Positions 26,440-35,623 of a stretch of 43,143 nt of DNA are shown piece by piece; position 1 is the stretch's first letter; the number at the start of each line of letters is the position of its first letter. A program made the position numbers and the translations under genes. A model generated the notes under the pieces. It was not told the origin of the DNA. It did no database searches and saw only the letters and a list, made by a program, of their open reading frames with translations. The DNA comes from a virus (taxonomy: Duplodnaviria; Caudoviricetes): IMG/VR virus record IMGVR_UViG_3300003969_000009, positions 1 to 43,143 of that record; one strand, written 5' to 3'.

Positions 26440-27375
26440 TTACGACTGCACGGGAAGGGACGCCATGATTTCTTCGTCCGACATGCGTGCGTAGTTTTGG
26501 GTAGCAGGTGTTGAGGCAGGTGCCCCTCCACGGAAGTCGCTGATGCCCTTCGGTCCTTCGACCGGAGCGCCTGCGATCACCGCTTTGGGGTCGAGACGGG
26601 GGGCTGCAGGTGCAGCGGGTGCAGCGTTGGGTGCTGCGGAAGGAGTGGGTTGGCCGCGTGGAGCCAATGAGGCTTCAGCACGGCGCGCTGCTTCGGCGAA
26701 TCGTTCGGCAGCTGGCCGGTCTTTCCAGTCCGGGTCCAGGTTCAGCGACTTGTCATAGTCGATAGCCTTCAAGAAGTGACCCTGTTTGGTGGCATCGTTT
26801 TGCCACGCCAACAGTTGGGGCACCTCGTCAATGACCTCCTGAACCTCTGGCGCGTAGTACAGGGGCTCAAACTCTTCAGTAGGCTGCTGTTGCTGGCTTT
26901 GGCGTGTCTGAGCCAATTCCTCTTCCAGGCGGCGCTGGTTGCGAACAATCTTTGCCTGCAGAGGGAAGTCCTGTTCCAGCTGGGCCAGCTCTTCATCCGA
27001 GATGGATGTGTCTACTGGCGCCTTGCCTTGGCGTAGGTCTTCGATCTGACGCTTGGCGTCCTCCAACTCGTCACGCAAACGCTTTTCAGAGCGACGTGAT
27101 GCACGCAGAGCGGCACGGGCATCGCCTTGCGGCTGGGCTGGCTCTGGTGTTGTTGGACTGGCTTCAGCGGGCTGGGATTGCGCGGCTGCTGCAGGTTCTG
27201 CTGTCTGGCCTTCGACCGGTTGGGCCTGGGCTGGTGCGGCAGATGCAGCGGGTGCTTGGCTTTCGTCTGGCTGGGCATTTGCGCCCTCTTCCACAGACTC
27301 AAGCTCGGGCACGATGGCGCTCAAGATGGCATGTTCTTCACTGTCAAACGCTGGATGGTTGGGCTCAAGACTCAC
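26440..27375 (-). CDS. Scaffolding protein
   Basis: Acidic, Ala/Pro/Gln-rich, coiled coil; lies between portal and capsid. Confidence 0.75.
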   Translation of the reverse strand: MSLEPNHPAFDSEEHAILSAIVPELESVEEGANAQPDESQAPAASAAPAQAQPVEGQTAEPAAAAQSQPAEASPTTPEPAQPQGDARAALRASRRSEKRLRDELEDAKRQIEDLRQGKAPVDTSISDEELAQLEQDFPLQAKIVRNQRRLEEELAQTRQSQQQQPTEEFEPLYYAPEVQEVIDEVPQLLAWQNDATKQGHFLKAIDYDKSLNLDPDWKDRPAAERFAEAARRAEASLAPRGQPTPSAAPNAAPAAPAAPRLDPKAVIAGAPVEGPKGISDFRGGAPASTPATQNYARMSDEEIMASLPVQS

Positions 27376-27524
27376 GATTCACTCCTTCACTGTTTGCGGT
27401 CAGTCACCGAGGCACAAGGCCACCGTCATGGGGTACACATCTGGATTGCTGACGACTCGCACCAGATGGCTGCCGCTGCTTACGCACCCCACAGCGCGGC
27501 GGTCTGTGGGGCGGCTCGGAAATG

Positions 27525-27549
27525 AAAAAGCCCGCACTTGGCGGGCTTG
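27525..27549 (-). terminator. Intrinsic terminator after the portal gene
   Basis: AAGCCCGC-CAAGT-GCGGGCTT followed by TTT on the minus strand. Confidence 0.6.
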
Positions 27550-27572
27550 ATGGGTTGGGTGGAAGGCGGCGC

Positions 27573-29187
27573 TTACGCAGCGGCTTCGTTCAAGGCTTCG
27601 TTGATCAGGTCGTCCTCGTTGGCGGCCTGGGACATCAGGTTCTCGGTGCGCGCCAAGGTCTCGGCCACATTGGCTGGCACTTCACCAGAGGTCAGGCGCT
27701 TCTCAACCAGATCGCCCTGCAGGCTGGATAGGCGTGCAGCTGCGCGGTTCTTCTCGGCAGTGGAGACATCCACATCCACTTTGGCGGCGCCGGCTGCAGC
27801 TTCCTGCTGCATCTTTTGTTGCAGCTGCTGTTGCTGCAACTGGTCTGCAGCTGCTTGGGCGTTCTTGTCGCCGGGGGTAGGCAGGCCACTGGCCTTTCGC
27901 AGGCTGTCGGCCACCTCTTGGCGATTCGATAGGCTGGTGCTCTCGATGTAGGCAGGTGCCAGGATGGCGGTGGCTTGCGGGTTGTTGCCCAGTGCCTGGA
28001 TGATTCCGGCCACTTGCTGCTGGGTTTGCTGGCGGTAGGCTGGTGTGTTGGGCGTCTCTGCCAGCGCTGTCTTGATGTCGGCATCCTTGACCTGGTTGAC
28101 GGGCATGCCGGTGGCTGGATCCCAGTCGTTCAGGACCACGGGGCGGCGCGACTTGCCGGAACCCACAAACACCTTCAGGCGCTCTTCCTTGTGGTCCTCG
28201 ATGATCTCGTCCACCAGCGACTCGAACACCGTGCGGCGGAAGTAGCTGTAGTTGTCGTTCATCTCGCCCATGGCCTGCTCGCCCTGCTCCACCAAGATGC
28301 TGTTGGCAATGCCAGAGGTGACGCCAGCCGGGCGGTTGCCCAGTTGGCTTGCATAGCGGCCGGCGGTGTCCTGGATCAGCTGCTTGCTGTCGGCCATAAC
28401 CTGGAACTGCTCACCCTGCATGCTCAGGTCGTTCTTGACCGTGATGGCAGGCTGGCTCTTGTTCATGCGGTTGGGGTTGGTGATGGCCACCAAGTCGGGC
28501 CGCATAACGGCGTCGGCGATATCTGCGATGCTGTTGAACTTGGTGTCCAGCGCGTCGCTATCCATCTGCACTTGGCGGGCCTTCAGCATCCACTGAATGC
28601 GCAGGCGGCGCTCGTTGTACTCGTCCTGGGGGGCAATCATGCCGTCGATCAGGCCGTATGGGCTCTTGTCGTCGTCGTCGCGGAAGGCGAAGAACGGGAC
28701 ATAGGGGAAGCGGCGCTTCTTGGTGCCCTCGTCCAGCAGTCGGTGGGGGCCGGCGTACAGCGCGCGGCGCACCTGGCTGGTGATGCCCTTGCTCACCTTC
28801 ACCAGGCCGCGGGCCACGGCTTCAACGTGGCGGGGGTCGCGCTCGTCATAGGCCACGCGCTTGGTCGGGCCCATGTGCAACACAGCCACCGTGGCAGGTA
28901 CGCGGTACCAGACCTCGTACATCTTGATCATCTTGCGGGCGTTGTCCACCCAGTCCATCTTGCTGACGGTCAGGTTGAACCGGGTTTCATTATCGTAGGC
29001 AGAGCGCAGCGAGATTTCTTCGGGCTCTCCCAAGAGGCCGCCAGCGGTGTCGACCCAGTTCTCCCAGCCATTCACGCTGCGGCGCAAGACTTCCTTGTGC
29101 TGCGGCATGGCGGCTTCGATCTCGTCCAGGTCGATCATGCGGGCACGCACCAGCCAGCGGCAGGAATCGGTCAAGGTGGCACCACGC
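27573..29187 (-). pseudogene. Portal protein, 5'-truncated
   Basis: CRWLVRAR, FPYVPFF..R...PYGLI..MIAPQDEYN.R, TSGIA and Gln-rich tail are P22-like portal features; the N-terminal part is absent and the frame runs into terS sequence. Confidence 0.8.
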
Positions 29188-29872
29188 TGTCTTTGAACAC
29201 TGGGCGGCCAATGCCCTCGCCTGCGCATTCCGGACACTCAGGATTCGGCGCGCGGCGCTTGTCGTAGCCGACTCCACCCTGCGGATCGAACTCCTTCACC
29301 TTCTTCTTGGTGCCAATCGCTTCCTCATTGGCAGCTGCTTGAGCGGCTTCAGCGCGGTCGAACTCGGCTTGCGTGCGCTGATACAGGAAGTTTTCACCCC
29401 AGCAGTGACGGCAGCAACCAATCCGGTACTCCATCAACTCGCGGGGGTCCGCTGTCATGATGGCCCAGGCTTCCTTGATGGCGACATCGGCCGTGATTGC
29501 AGTGCGCTCAGACCGTTCCGCCTTGCCTTTAGTCACCGCGGCCTGAATGTTTGGTTTTGCAAGCCACTTACTTGCCTCAGTCCGTGCCGTCGTTTCCTTG
29601 GCGCCGGGCTTGGCTCTGAGATAAGCCTGTGTGCCATTCAGGTCCACCAAGTACTCTTGAACGAACCTGGCTTCCAACTCCGAAAGCCCAGCCATTGATG
29701 CAGGCGGCGAAGCTTCTAGCGATTTTGGAGCGTTGGTTTTGCTTACTTTTTGAGCAATTGCAGGCTTTTTGCCGGTTTTTGCGGGTGCTGGCTTCTTTAC
29801 AGCCTTCTTCGCGGGTACGGCGCTGCGCGCCACCTTCTTCTTGGCGGCGGTGGACTTCTTGGCGGCTGGCAT
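29171..29872 (-). pseudogene. terS: Terminase small subunit, probably 3'-truncated
   Basis: RFVQEYLVDLNGTQAYLRA..LAKPNIQAA..ADPRELMEYRIGCCRHCWG..PNPECPECAGEG; ends abruptly at PVFKDSVVPP inside portal sequence. Confidence 0.8.
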
Positions 29873-30138
29873 CAGGGTTGAATGGGGGTGGTGCAGATCA
29901 CCAGTGCGGTGCGCAGTTGCACCTCATAGGCTTCGCGCACCACGATCTCGGCGTCCTGGTGCTTCAGCAGCTGGTCGATGGTTGGTTTGCCCGTCAGGGC
30001 CTCAGTGGGCATGGCCGGGCGAGCGGGCACCTTCTCGCGGCATTCCACGGGGATGGGCTCGGCGGTGGTGGTGCGGGCGGTGAAGACGCTGCAGCCGGTC
30101 AGGGAAAACAGGGCAGCGATGGCGGCGATACGGATCAT
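29872..30138 (-). CDS. Outer-membrane spanin (Rz1-like lipoprotein)
   Basis: Lipobox LTGC, Pro-rich, last gene of the lysis cassette. Confidence 0.75.
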   Translation of the reverse strand: MIRIAAIAALFSLTGCSVFTARTTTAEPIPVECREKVPARPAMPTEALTGKPTIDQLLKHQDAEIVVREAYEVQLRTALVICTTPIQP

Positions 30139-30488
30139 GGCTGGGCCTTTCTGCTCCACCAGGCATCTACAGTGGCCTGGGCGCTCTTGCAGTCGTCACC
30201 GGGCACGGCAGCTGGAGTGGTCAGGATCTCGATAGCCTGCTTTCCGGCATCCTCGGCTTGTTGGGCGGCGGCTTCCACCTTGGGGGCGCCTTCGGCGTGG
30301 CGCTTGGCGGCTTGGGTGCTCAGGTTCTTCACGCCTTGGGTGCAGGTCTTGGCCACACCATCGGCCTGCTTGGTCTCGGTGGTGGCCGCCGTGGCGGTGT
30401 CGCGCTGGCCCAGGTAGGCTTTGCCCAGGAATGCGTTACCGGCCAAGCTGATGGCCAGCAGCAGGCCCAGGACTTGAGAAAGACTCAC
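30135..30488 (-). CDS. Inner-membrane spanin (Rz-like)
   Basis: N-terminal TM helix plus periplasmic helix; GTG start overlaps the endolysin stop. Confidence 0.7.
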   Translation of the reverse strand: MSLSQVLGLLLAISLAGNAFLGKAYLGQRDTATAATTETKQADGVAKTCTQGVKNLSTQAAKRHAEGAPKVEAAAQQAEDAGKQAIEILTTPAAVPGDDCKSAQATVDAWWSRKAQP

Positions 30489-30943
30489 GACAGTTCCTGA
30501 ATGCCAAGCTGTGCGCCGGCATCGGTGATGGTGATAACGCGGTTGGAGGCCTTCTCTGGCACGCGGGTGGACACGTGGATCCACTGCTTGCCCTTCACGC
30601 CTTCCAGGATCAGTTGGCCGATACCGAGCACGCTGACCTGTGGTGCCAGAGCCTTGGCGACTTGGTAGGCGCTACCGTAGCCGGGGCACACGAAGTCAGC
30701 GGCATGGCCTTGGGGGTGGTCTGAAGTGCTCGCGGACCCCACGGCCTTGTTCAAGGTGCTGCAGCGGTACCCGGAAGTCACCATGACAGGAGCGCCCAGC
30801 AGCTCACGGATGCGCTCCAGCATCTCAGCGGTGCGGATCAGGCGGGGGATCAGCTCTTCGGGTGGCGTGTTGTCGATTCCAAGGGCTTTGGCCTTGTTGC
30901 TGGCGGTCAGCTCAGCCAACGTGAAATGGGGGGTGAGTTGCAT
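30485..30943 (-). CDS. Endolysin, peptidase M15A family
   Basis: HFTLAEL, TSGYRC..LNKAVG...SDH..G.AAD, WIHVS. Confidence 0.92.
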   Translation of the reverse strand: MQLTPHFTLAELTASNKAKALGIDNTPPEELIPRLIRTAEMLERIRELLGAPVMVTSGYRCSTLNKAVGSASTSDHPQGHAADFVCPGYGSAYQVAKALAPQVSVLGIGQLILEGVKGKQWIHVSTRVPEKASNRVITITDAGAQLGIQELS

Positions 30944-30945
30944 GG

Positions 30946-31179
30946 TTAAACCGTCTCTTTCTTGCGGCAGGTCATGCCTTCCAAGTACTTGGCCGTGTCT
31001 GCAATGCCTTCCTTGTAGGAGTCCTGCAGCAGCTCTTCCATCACCTTGCGGGAGATCAGCACACAGCCGCCTTCAGCCTTGCAGCGCGCCGCGGTCTCGG
31101 GGCTCACCTGCACGTCGCCGGTCTCTTGGGCAATGGCTGGCAGAGCCAGGATGGCGGCGAGAAGGAAGGCGTGTTTCAT
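30946..31179 (-). CDS. Small exported protein of the lysis cassette
   Basis: Signal peptide MKHAFLLAAILALPAIA; C..EGGC motif. Confidence 0.6.
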   Translation of the reverse strand: MKHAFLLAAILALPAIAQETGDVQVSPETAARCKAEGGCVLISRKVMEELLQDSYKEGIADTAKYLEGMTCRKKETV

Positions 31180-31182
31180 GGG

Positions 31183-32730
31183 TTACCCCTGGTTGGAATT
31201 CGATGCGCCCGGAAATCTGGCCTTGCCCCACTCTTCGAGCAAGGTCAGCGCTCTGGTGCCCATATGTCCAAAAATGCCGGTCAGTGCAGCCGTCAGCAGT
31301 GGCGCCAGCCCAGCCCACTCGCATATCCAGAAGCACAGCAGGCCGGCCAGTGCTGATGTGGCCAGCTCGCCCACCAGGTGATTGATGCTCCAGCTGGGCA
31401 ACTCCCCTTTGCGGACTTTGGCGGCCCAGCTAACCAAGCCACCCAGCAGCGCCACACTCAGGATGAAGCCGTACTGTTTCAGGGTGTAGTCCAAAGGGCC
31501 TTTGGTAGTCGTTTGGGCCCATGCGGCTATGCGTGCCAGCTTCTCCGGTGTCGGGTAGAACTGGTGCGCCTGTTGGTCAGGGATGCAGCCTGATGCAACG
31601 ATCAGATCCAGCACGTCGCTGGGGTTGTAGTCAAACTGGTAGAAATAGCCGTTCTCGGCGACAACTGCCCCGATAGCCTGCAAGACCCTGACCGCTTCAG
31701 CCGCTACAGGGGAATCTTTGGCGCCAGCCAAGTTATCGAAACGGTAGGTGTTCTCCAGTGTCCGGTGGCGTTCTGGCCAGCCTGTCCCGACTCGTTCTGT
31801 GGCTGGGCGCAGGCTCCCAAGCAGTGACAGCACTGCAAAGGGCAGCGGCCGTGCCATCATCTGGAAGTCTTTGATCTTGCGTTTTGGTTTTTGGCGGAAC
31901 TGTGCAGGAATGGCCAGCGGGTAGAGGTTGGCCAAGATGCTGTTCAGGCGCCAGGCCATGTCGGGGTGCACTTCCATGTGCGCCGTGCCCTTTTTGTAGA
32001 GCCGGATCTTCATGGCACCGCCGTCGATCGTCACCCACTCGCCCCAGCGGCGCTTCAGAATCTTCACCAGGCTCTCTGTGGCGTGCCATCCCGGTTCTTC
32101 GCGCCCCATGAACTTAGCCACCACGCAACGCAAATCGTTGATCAGGCCGCAAGTGCTGCTGTCCGTGGTGTCATAGACCGACAGCACCCGGGCGATGATC
32201 ATGCGCTTGCCAAATCCCTCCGGCGCATTGGTGACATGGTCACCACTGAGACCGCGGAAGATGCCGTCGACACGCTCTGCCAAGAACTGGGACCGCATGT
32301 TCAGCAGCTCCATGATCGTGGGGCGCACAGCCTCTTCCGTAAAGTCAGGTGCGGTCTGCTCACGAATGGTCTTATTCCATTCATCGCGTCGCTTTTGAGG
32401 CATGAGGTCCAGCACGTCGGTCAATGCCAAGGTCTTGGACCAGTAGGCAGAATTCAGGCTGGCGATGGCGCCCTTCAACTCGAACAGGTTGCGTGCTGCA
32501 ACTGTGTAGCGGCCGTTGCCGTAAGGGTCTTTGTTGCCGTCTAGGAAGTACTCCAGAGCCGCCATATGTTCCGCTGCCATAAGGCCTGCCAGTGCTTCGA
32601 TGCGCGTTCGCATGGCTTTGTATTGGCCCAGCAGCTCATTGAAGATGTCGCTTGATACCGGCGCAAAGAACCGGGCTGTCTCGTCCACCAGCTCCACAGA
32701 AGCTTGTTCCACGCAGTCCATGGCGCTCAT
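31183..32730 (-). CDS. In-frame chimera: DUF4942-like protein lacking its methyltransferase core, fused to a holin
   Basis: DUF4942-like body (FRGLSGDHVTNAPEGFGKRMI..YKKGTAHMEVHPDMAWRLN..QFYPTP), then from about 31525 a 3-TM holin (PLDYTLKQY..ALLGGLVSW..GELATSALAGL..GHMGTRAL). Confidence 0.8.
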   Translation of the reverse strand: MSAMDCVEQASVELVDETARFFAPVSSDIFNELLGQYKAMRTRIEALAGLMAAEHMAALEYFLDGNKDPYGNGRYTVAARNLFELKGAIASLNSAYWSKTLALTDVLDLMPQKRRDEWNKTIREQTAPDFTEEAVRPTIMELLNMRSQFLAERVDGIFRGLSGDHVTNAPEGFGKRMIIARVLSVYDTTDSSTCGLINDLRCVVAKFMGREEPGWHATESLVKILKRRWGEWVTIDGGAMKIRLYKKGTAHMEVHPDMAWRLNSILANLYPLAIPAQFRQKPKRKIKDFQMMARPLPFAVLSLLGSLRPATERVGTGWPERHRTLENTYRFDNLAGAKDSPVAAEAVRVLQAIGAVVAENGYFYQFDYNPSDVLDLIVASGCIPDQQAHQFYPTPEKLARIAAWAQTTTKGPLDYTLKQYGFILSVALLGGLVSWAAKVRKGELPSWSINHLVGELATSALAGLLCFWICEWAGLAPLLTAALTGIFGHMGTRALTLLEEWGKARFPGASNSNQG

Positions 32731-32975
32731 AGCTTTCCTTTGATTGCGGCCGTGCGCATGCTGTCTGCCTGTGAGCCAATGGCTATGTTGAAGGCTGGAG
32801 CGACGTTCTCCAGATCACGCAGTACCTTTCCCTTGCGGCTTAGGTTGGTGCTGCGCTTCTTGGGCTTTGGCTCGCGCAATGGAGCGCGCTCGCGGTAGAG
32901 CTCGTCAAAGGGGCCGCCCATGCTGCGAGCCCTGCCGCCGGCCCAGGGCTTGGGAATGTGAATGGGGCGCGTCAT
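32727..32975 (-). CDS. Hypothetical protein
   Basis: Coupled to both neighbours by ATGA overlaps. Confidence 0.55.
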   Translation of the reverse strand: MTRPIHIPKPWAGGRARSMGGPFDELYRERAPLREPKPKKRSTNLSRKGKVLRDLENVAPAFNIAIGSQADSMRTAAIKGKL

Positions 32976-33277
32976 GCCTTGGACTCCAATCGGGCCTCAA
33001 TAGGTCCTGTCCCAAACAGGCGATCACGCTTAACCTTCTCTGCATCCAAACAAATTTCGGTGTAAGTCTTCCCATGAACCAGCCTGTAGACCCAGTCTCT
33101 GAGAGCGCCGCTGTTGTCCATTCCGGCTTCATGCACCAGCTTCCTGAACTTGGCCGCCGTGTCTGGATCGACTTTGGTTTTGAGCTCGTCAATCAACGGG
33201 CCCATCGGGCTGATCATTCCCGTGCGGCCGTAGGCGCTCAGGGTGTCGTCATCAGATTCAGTGTTTGGGGTGGTCAT
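32972..33277 (-). CDS. Putative DNA-binding regulator (CII position)
   Basis: ELKTKVD..TAAKFRKL..EAGMD.SGALRDWV, RHH-like; downstream of cro. Confidence 0.55.
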   Translation of the reverse strand: MTTPNTESDDDTLSAYGRTGMISPMGPLIDELKTKVDPDTAAKFRKLVHEAGMDNSGALRDWVYRLVHGKTYTEICLDAEKVKRDRLFGTGPIEARLESKA

Positions 33278-33325
33278 GTTGTCTTGGTGGTTTTTGTTGG
33301 AAGGGTTGCCCGCGTGGGCGGCGCG

Positions 33326-33505
33326 TCAGGCTGGACTGAGCTGTGTCTGGCGATCGCGGTAGTACGACTGGAACCAATCGAAGCGATCGGTACCGGGGGC
33401 AAAGGGGTTGCAGCTGTCGATGGAGTCCCCGCGGTCAGCGGCGGCCAAGGCCAGCACGCGGACCTCTTCGCGGGTCAGGGTGTCAAGGCGTTTGATGGCG
33501 TGCAT
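33326..33505 (-). CDS. Small hypothetical protein (59 aa)
   Basis: Translated by hand: MHAIKRLDTLTREEVRVLALAAADRGDSIDSCNPFAPGTDRFDWFQSYYRDRQTQLSPA; abuts the upstream stop. Confidence 0.6.
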   Translation of the reverse strand: MHAIKRLDTLTREEVRVLALAAADRGDSIDSCNPFAPGTDRFDWFQSYYRDRQTQLSPA

Positions 33506-33832
33506 TCAGGCCCCGCTTGCTACAGTTTCAGTAGCTGCTTGCGCAGAATTGGCGGGGCCGCGCAGTTTGTTGCAGCGATGGCAAACCGGATCTACAGCCA
33601 ATGGCCTGCTGTAATCGCGGTGGTCGTACCCTGTGGCGTTGCGACCGCAATCCGCGCATTTCTGGGTGCGCGCTCTGGGCAACAACCCTTTGGAAACGGC
33701 CTTGCTCACGGCTTGGTGAGCCTTGGCAGCGCCAGCGCGCTTGGGCCAGGAATAGAGGCACTTGAAGCACAAAGTGGCAGAGGCGTCGCGACGGCTAATG
33801 TCAACTTTGCAGTGGGTACAAAGCTTGGACAT
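33506..33832 (-). CDS. Zinc-finger / HNH-like protein
   Basis: CxxC pairs; CADCG...YDHRDYSRPLAVDPVCHRCN. Confidence 0.7.
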   Translation of the reverse strand: MSKLCTHCKVDISRRDASATLCFKCLYSWPKRAGAAKAHQAVSKAVSKGLLPRARTQKCADCGRNATGYDHRDYSRPLAVDPVCHRCNKLRGPANSAQAATETVASGA

Positions 33833-34144
33833 TTACGCCCCCTCCGCTACGCTTTCGGTAGCACTCTGCGCAGTTTCCATGCTGGCTTGAGGCACTTCTG
33901 GGGCCCCGTCAGTGCCAATAATTTCGGGCCAGATGCGATGCCAGTCCTTCGGGCGCAAGTCCCAACGCTTTACGGCGCCATTGGTGGCTTGCTCAATCGA
34001 CACACAGTTCTCGGGACTAGGCAGTCGGTCGGCATAGCCATGTTGCCATTGCCGAATCTGGGCCGGGTTCTTCACGCCGATCAGGGCAGCAAGCTGGCTT
34101 ACCGTCAGGCTACCGGGTGAATTGAAGTAGTCATGGAGGTTCAT
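33833..34144 (-). CDS. cro: Cro-like (YdaS-family) regulator
   Basis: SQLAALIGV...IRQW...PSPENCVSIEQATNGAV.RWDLRP.DWHRIWPE. Confidence 0.9.
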   Translation of the reverse strand: MNLHDYFNSPGSLTVSQLAALIGVKNPAQIRQWQHGYADRLPSPENCVSIEQATNGAVKRWDLRPKDWHRIWPEIIGTDGAPEVPQASMETAQSATESVAEGA

Positions 34145-34152
34145 GCGACCGA

Positions 34153-34209
34153 ATTAAATAGCAATTGCTACTGCTTGTCAAGTAGCATTTGCTTCGATAG
34201 CTCGTGCTA
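34153..34209. promoter_or_regulatory. OR-like operators and cro promoter
   Basis: TAGCAATTGCTA (34159), TAGCATTTGCTT (34183), TAGCTCGTGCTA (34198); minus-strand TTGACA (34176-34181), 17 bp, TTTAAT (34153-34158). Confidence 0.85.
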
Positions 34210-34219
34210 CGGTCTATCC

Positions 34220-34699
34220 ATGAACTTGGAAAAGCTGGCCAACTGGCGTATTCAGCGACTGCAAGACTTTGTGGACCTCAAATTCGAGGGAAACAAGGCC
34301 GCGCTGGGACGTGCACTTGGGTACAAAGACGGGGCCTTCGTTGGCCAAATGTTGCGTGGCGAACGCCCCATAACAGAGAAGACTGTGAACCAGATCCAGG
34401 GGCTCATTGGTGGCCGTGGCTGGTTTGCTATGGACGGAGCACCAGCGCAAGTAAACCAAGAGCCTGCCGTCTACACCGTTATCACATTGGAATCGGCCGT
34501 CGCGCGTATTGCCCAGCACCTGGAGTCCGTGGACACCTACAACACCGCCACAGCCATTTCCCTATTCAGCACGCTGGCCAATGATCCCGGCATGCATGAG
34601 ATCGTGGCAGCGGGTTTGAAAACCCTGAAGCCTGAAGCACGTACAACTACAAAGCAATCAGCGCCCGCGCAAGAAACCGGCAGACATAAGGCAGCTTGA
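34220..34699 (+). CDS. CI-like HTH repressor without a recognisable S24 peptidase domain
   Basis: FEGNKAALGRALG...FVGQMLRGERPITEKT HTH; divergent from cro; 159 aa. Confidence 0.8.
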   Translation: MNLEKLANWRIQRLQDFVDLKFEGNKAALGRALGYKDGAFVGQMLRGERPITEKTVNQIQGLIGGRGWFAMDGAPAQVNQEPAVYTVITLESAVARIAQHLESVDTYNTATAISLFSTLANDPGMHEIVAAGLKTLKPEARTTTKQSAPAQETGRHKAA

Positions 34700-34820
34700 G
34701 CTGTTCACGTCGACCATTTTCTGCTTCAACACCTACAAAAGCAGCCGGGCAAGAGTCGTTTGGAATCATGAGTGCACACAAAAGTGTGACCAAAAGTAGC
34801 AACAAGCAATAATCTGTGAC

Positions 34821-35183
34821 ATGACCTTCGCCAAACTTGAACCCTTCGCTTGGATCCTCATGGGCGGTCTTTTGGTGTGGGGCTACCAAGCTGCTACAGC
34901 CAAGAAGTCAGAGAAGGCGGCAGCGGCCACGGTGAGCAATGGACAGCGGGCAGAGTCCATTGCGGCGCAGCTGAAGGCCGGGCCCACCACCCAGGTTTGG
35001 AATACGCCAGAGGGGCAACTGTTGCAGCTGCAGATACCCACGGCCGGGCCCGCCAATCTCTACGTGGAGCAGCGCAACTGCTTGGTGTGGCGTGACGCGG
35101 CTACCAAGACAAGCGCCCTCTTCTGCGCTTCCCCAGAACCTGACATTGATTTCCCCTTAGATCCGCCAGACAAGGCCGAATAG
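34821..35183 (+). CDS. Membrane-anchored hypothetical protein
   Basis: N-terminal TM helix; between cI and the terminator (immunity-accessory position). Confidence 0.65.
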   Translation: MTFAKLEPFAWILMGGLLVWGYQAATAKKSEKAAAATVSNGQRAESIAAQLKAGPTTQVWNTPEGQLLQLQIPTAGPANLYVEQRNCLVWRDAATKTSALFCASPEPDIDFPLDPPDKAE

Positions 35184-35194
35184 TTCCCCCATGC

Positions 35195-35219
35195 AAACCG
35201 CCCGCGAGGCGGTTTTTTT
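35195..35219 (+). terminator. Intrinsic terminator
   Basis: AAACCGCC-CGCGA-GGCGGTTT followed by a T-run. Confidence 0.8.
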
Positions 35220-35248
35220 ACGCCTGTTGCAATTATTTGGCCTTAAGG

Positions 35249-35289
35249 TAGCGTTTGCTATTGACACGAGAAGTAGCAATCGCTACATT
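35249..35289 (+). promoter_or_regulatory. OL-like operators and PL-like promoter
   Basis: TAGCGTTTGCTA (35249) and TAGCAATCGCTA (35274); TTGACA (35261), 17 bp, TACATT (35284). Confidence 0.85.
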
Positions 35290-35419
35290 TCACCGAAGTC
35301 GTAAACAAACCACGACAAGAGCTGGCAAGCGGAGAGGCCAGTAAGCCCGAACAAGTGCGGAGGGCGCTCTAGGAACTGTGTTCCGCAGCGGTTTGCAGCG
35401 ATGTGGAGAGTGCTTTGGT

Positions 35420-35495
35420 GTGGCCGTAGCCAAGTGGTTAAGGCCCTGGGTTGTGATCCCGGTATTCGTGAGTTCGATCCTCACCGGTCACCCCA
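35420..35495 (+). tRNA. tRNA-His (GTG)
   Basis: Acceptor GTGGCCG/CGGTCAC, D arm, anticodon loop TTGTGAT, T arm GTGAG-TTCGATC-CTCAC, discriminator C, encoded CCA. Confidence 0.9.
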
Positions 35496-35623
35496 AAGCG
35501 CTCTCCAAGGTGAGAGCAGCGCAAAGGCCTGATCTCCACCATGTGGGCGGCAACTGTCAGCCCTTTTGGTGGTCTTCGAGTCTTTGCACTGCTCTCGGGA
35601 TCAACCAGTCGGGAGCAGCAACC

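Noticed and set aside
29188-29237. Annotated portal start MSGMRRRGHW
   Set aside because: This is out-of-frame terS sequence upstream of the deletion junction, not a real portal N-terminus.
25019-29267. Long plus-strand ORFs antisense to capsid and portal (also 8615..9580, 14494..15666, 22657..23814, 32867..34120, and 37703..39010 on the minus strand)
   Set aside because: Shadow ORFs of GC-rich genes on the opposite strand, with no motifs.
35261-35285. Self-targeting of the PL/PR operators by tract 2 (concatenated NN TTGAGACAAAGTAG resembles TTGACACGAGAAGTAG)
   Set aside because: The resemblance needs indels and does not fit a constant-gap register; probably chance.
35378-35623. 5' part of ORF 35378..35902
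   Set aside because: It overlaps the tRNA and the structured leader; a start at 35624 is better supported.
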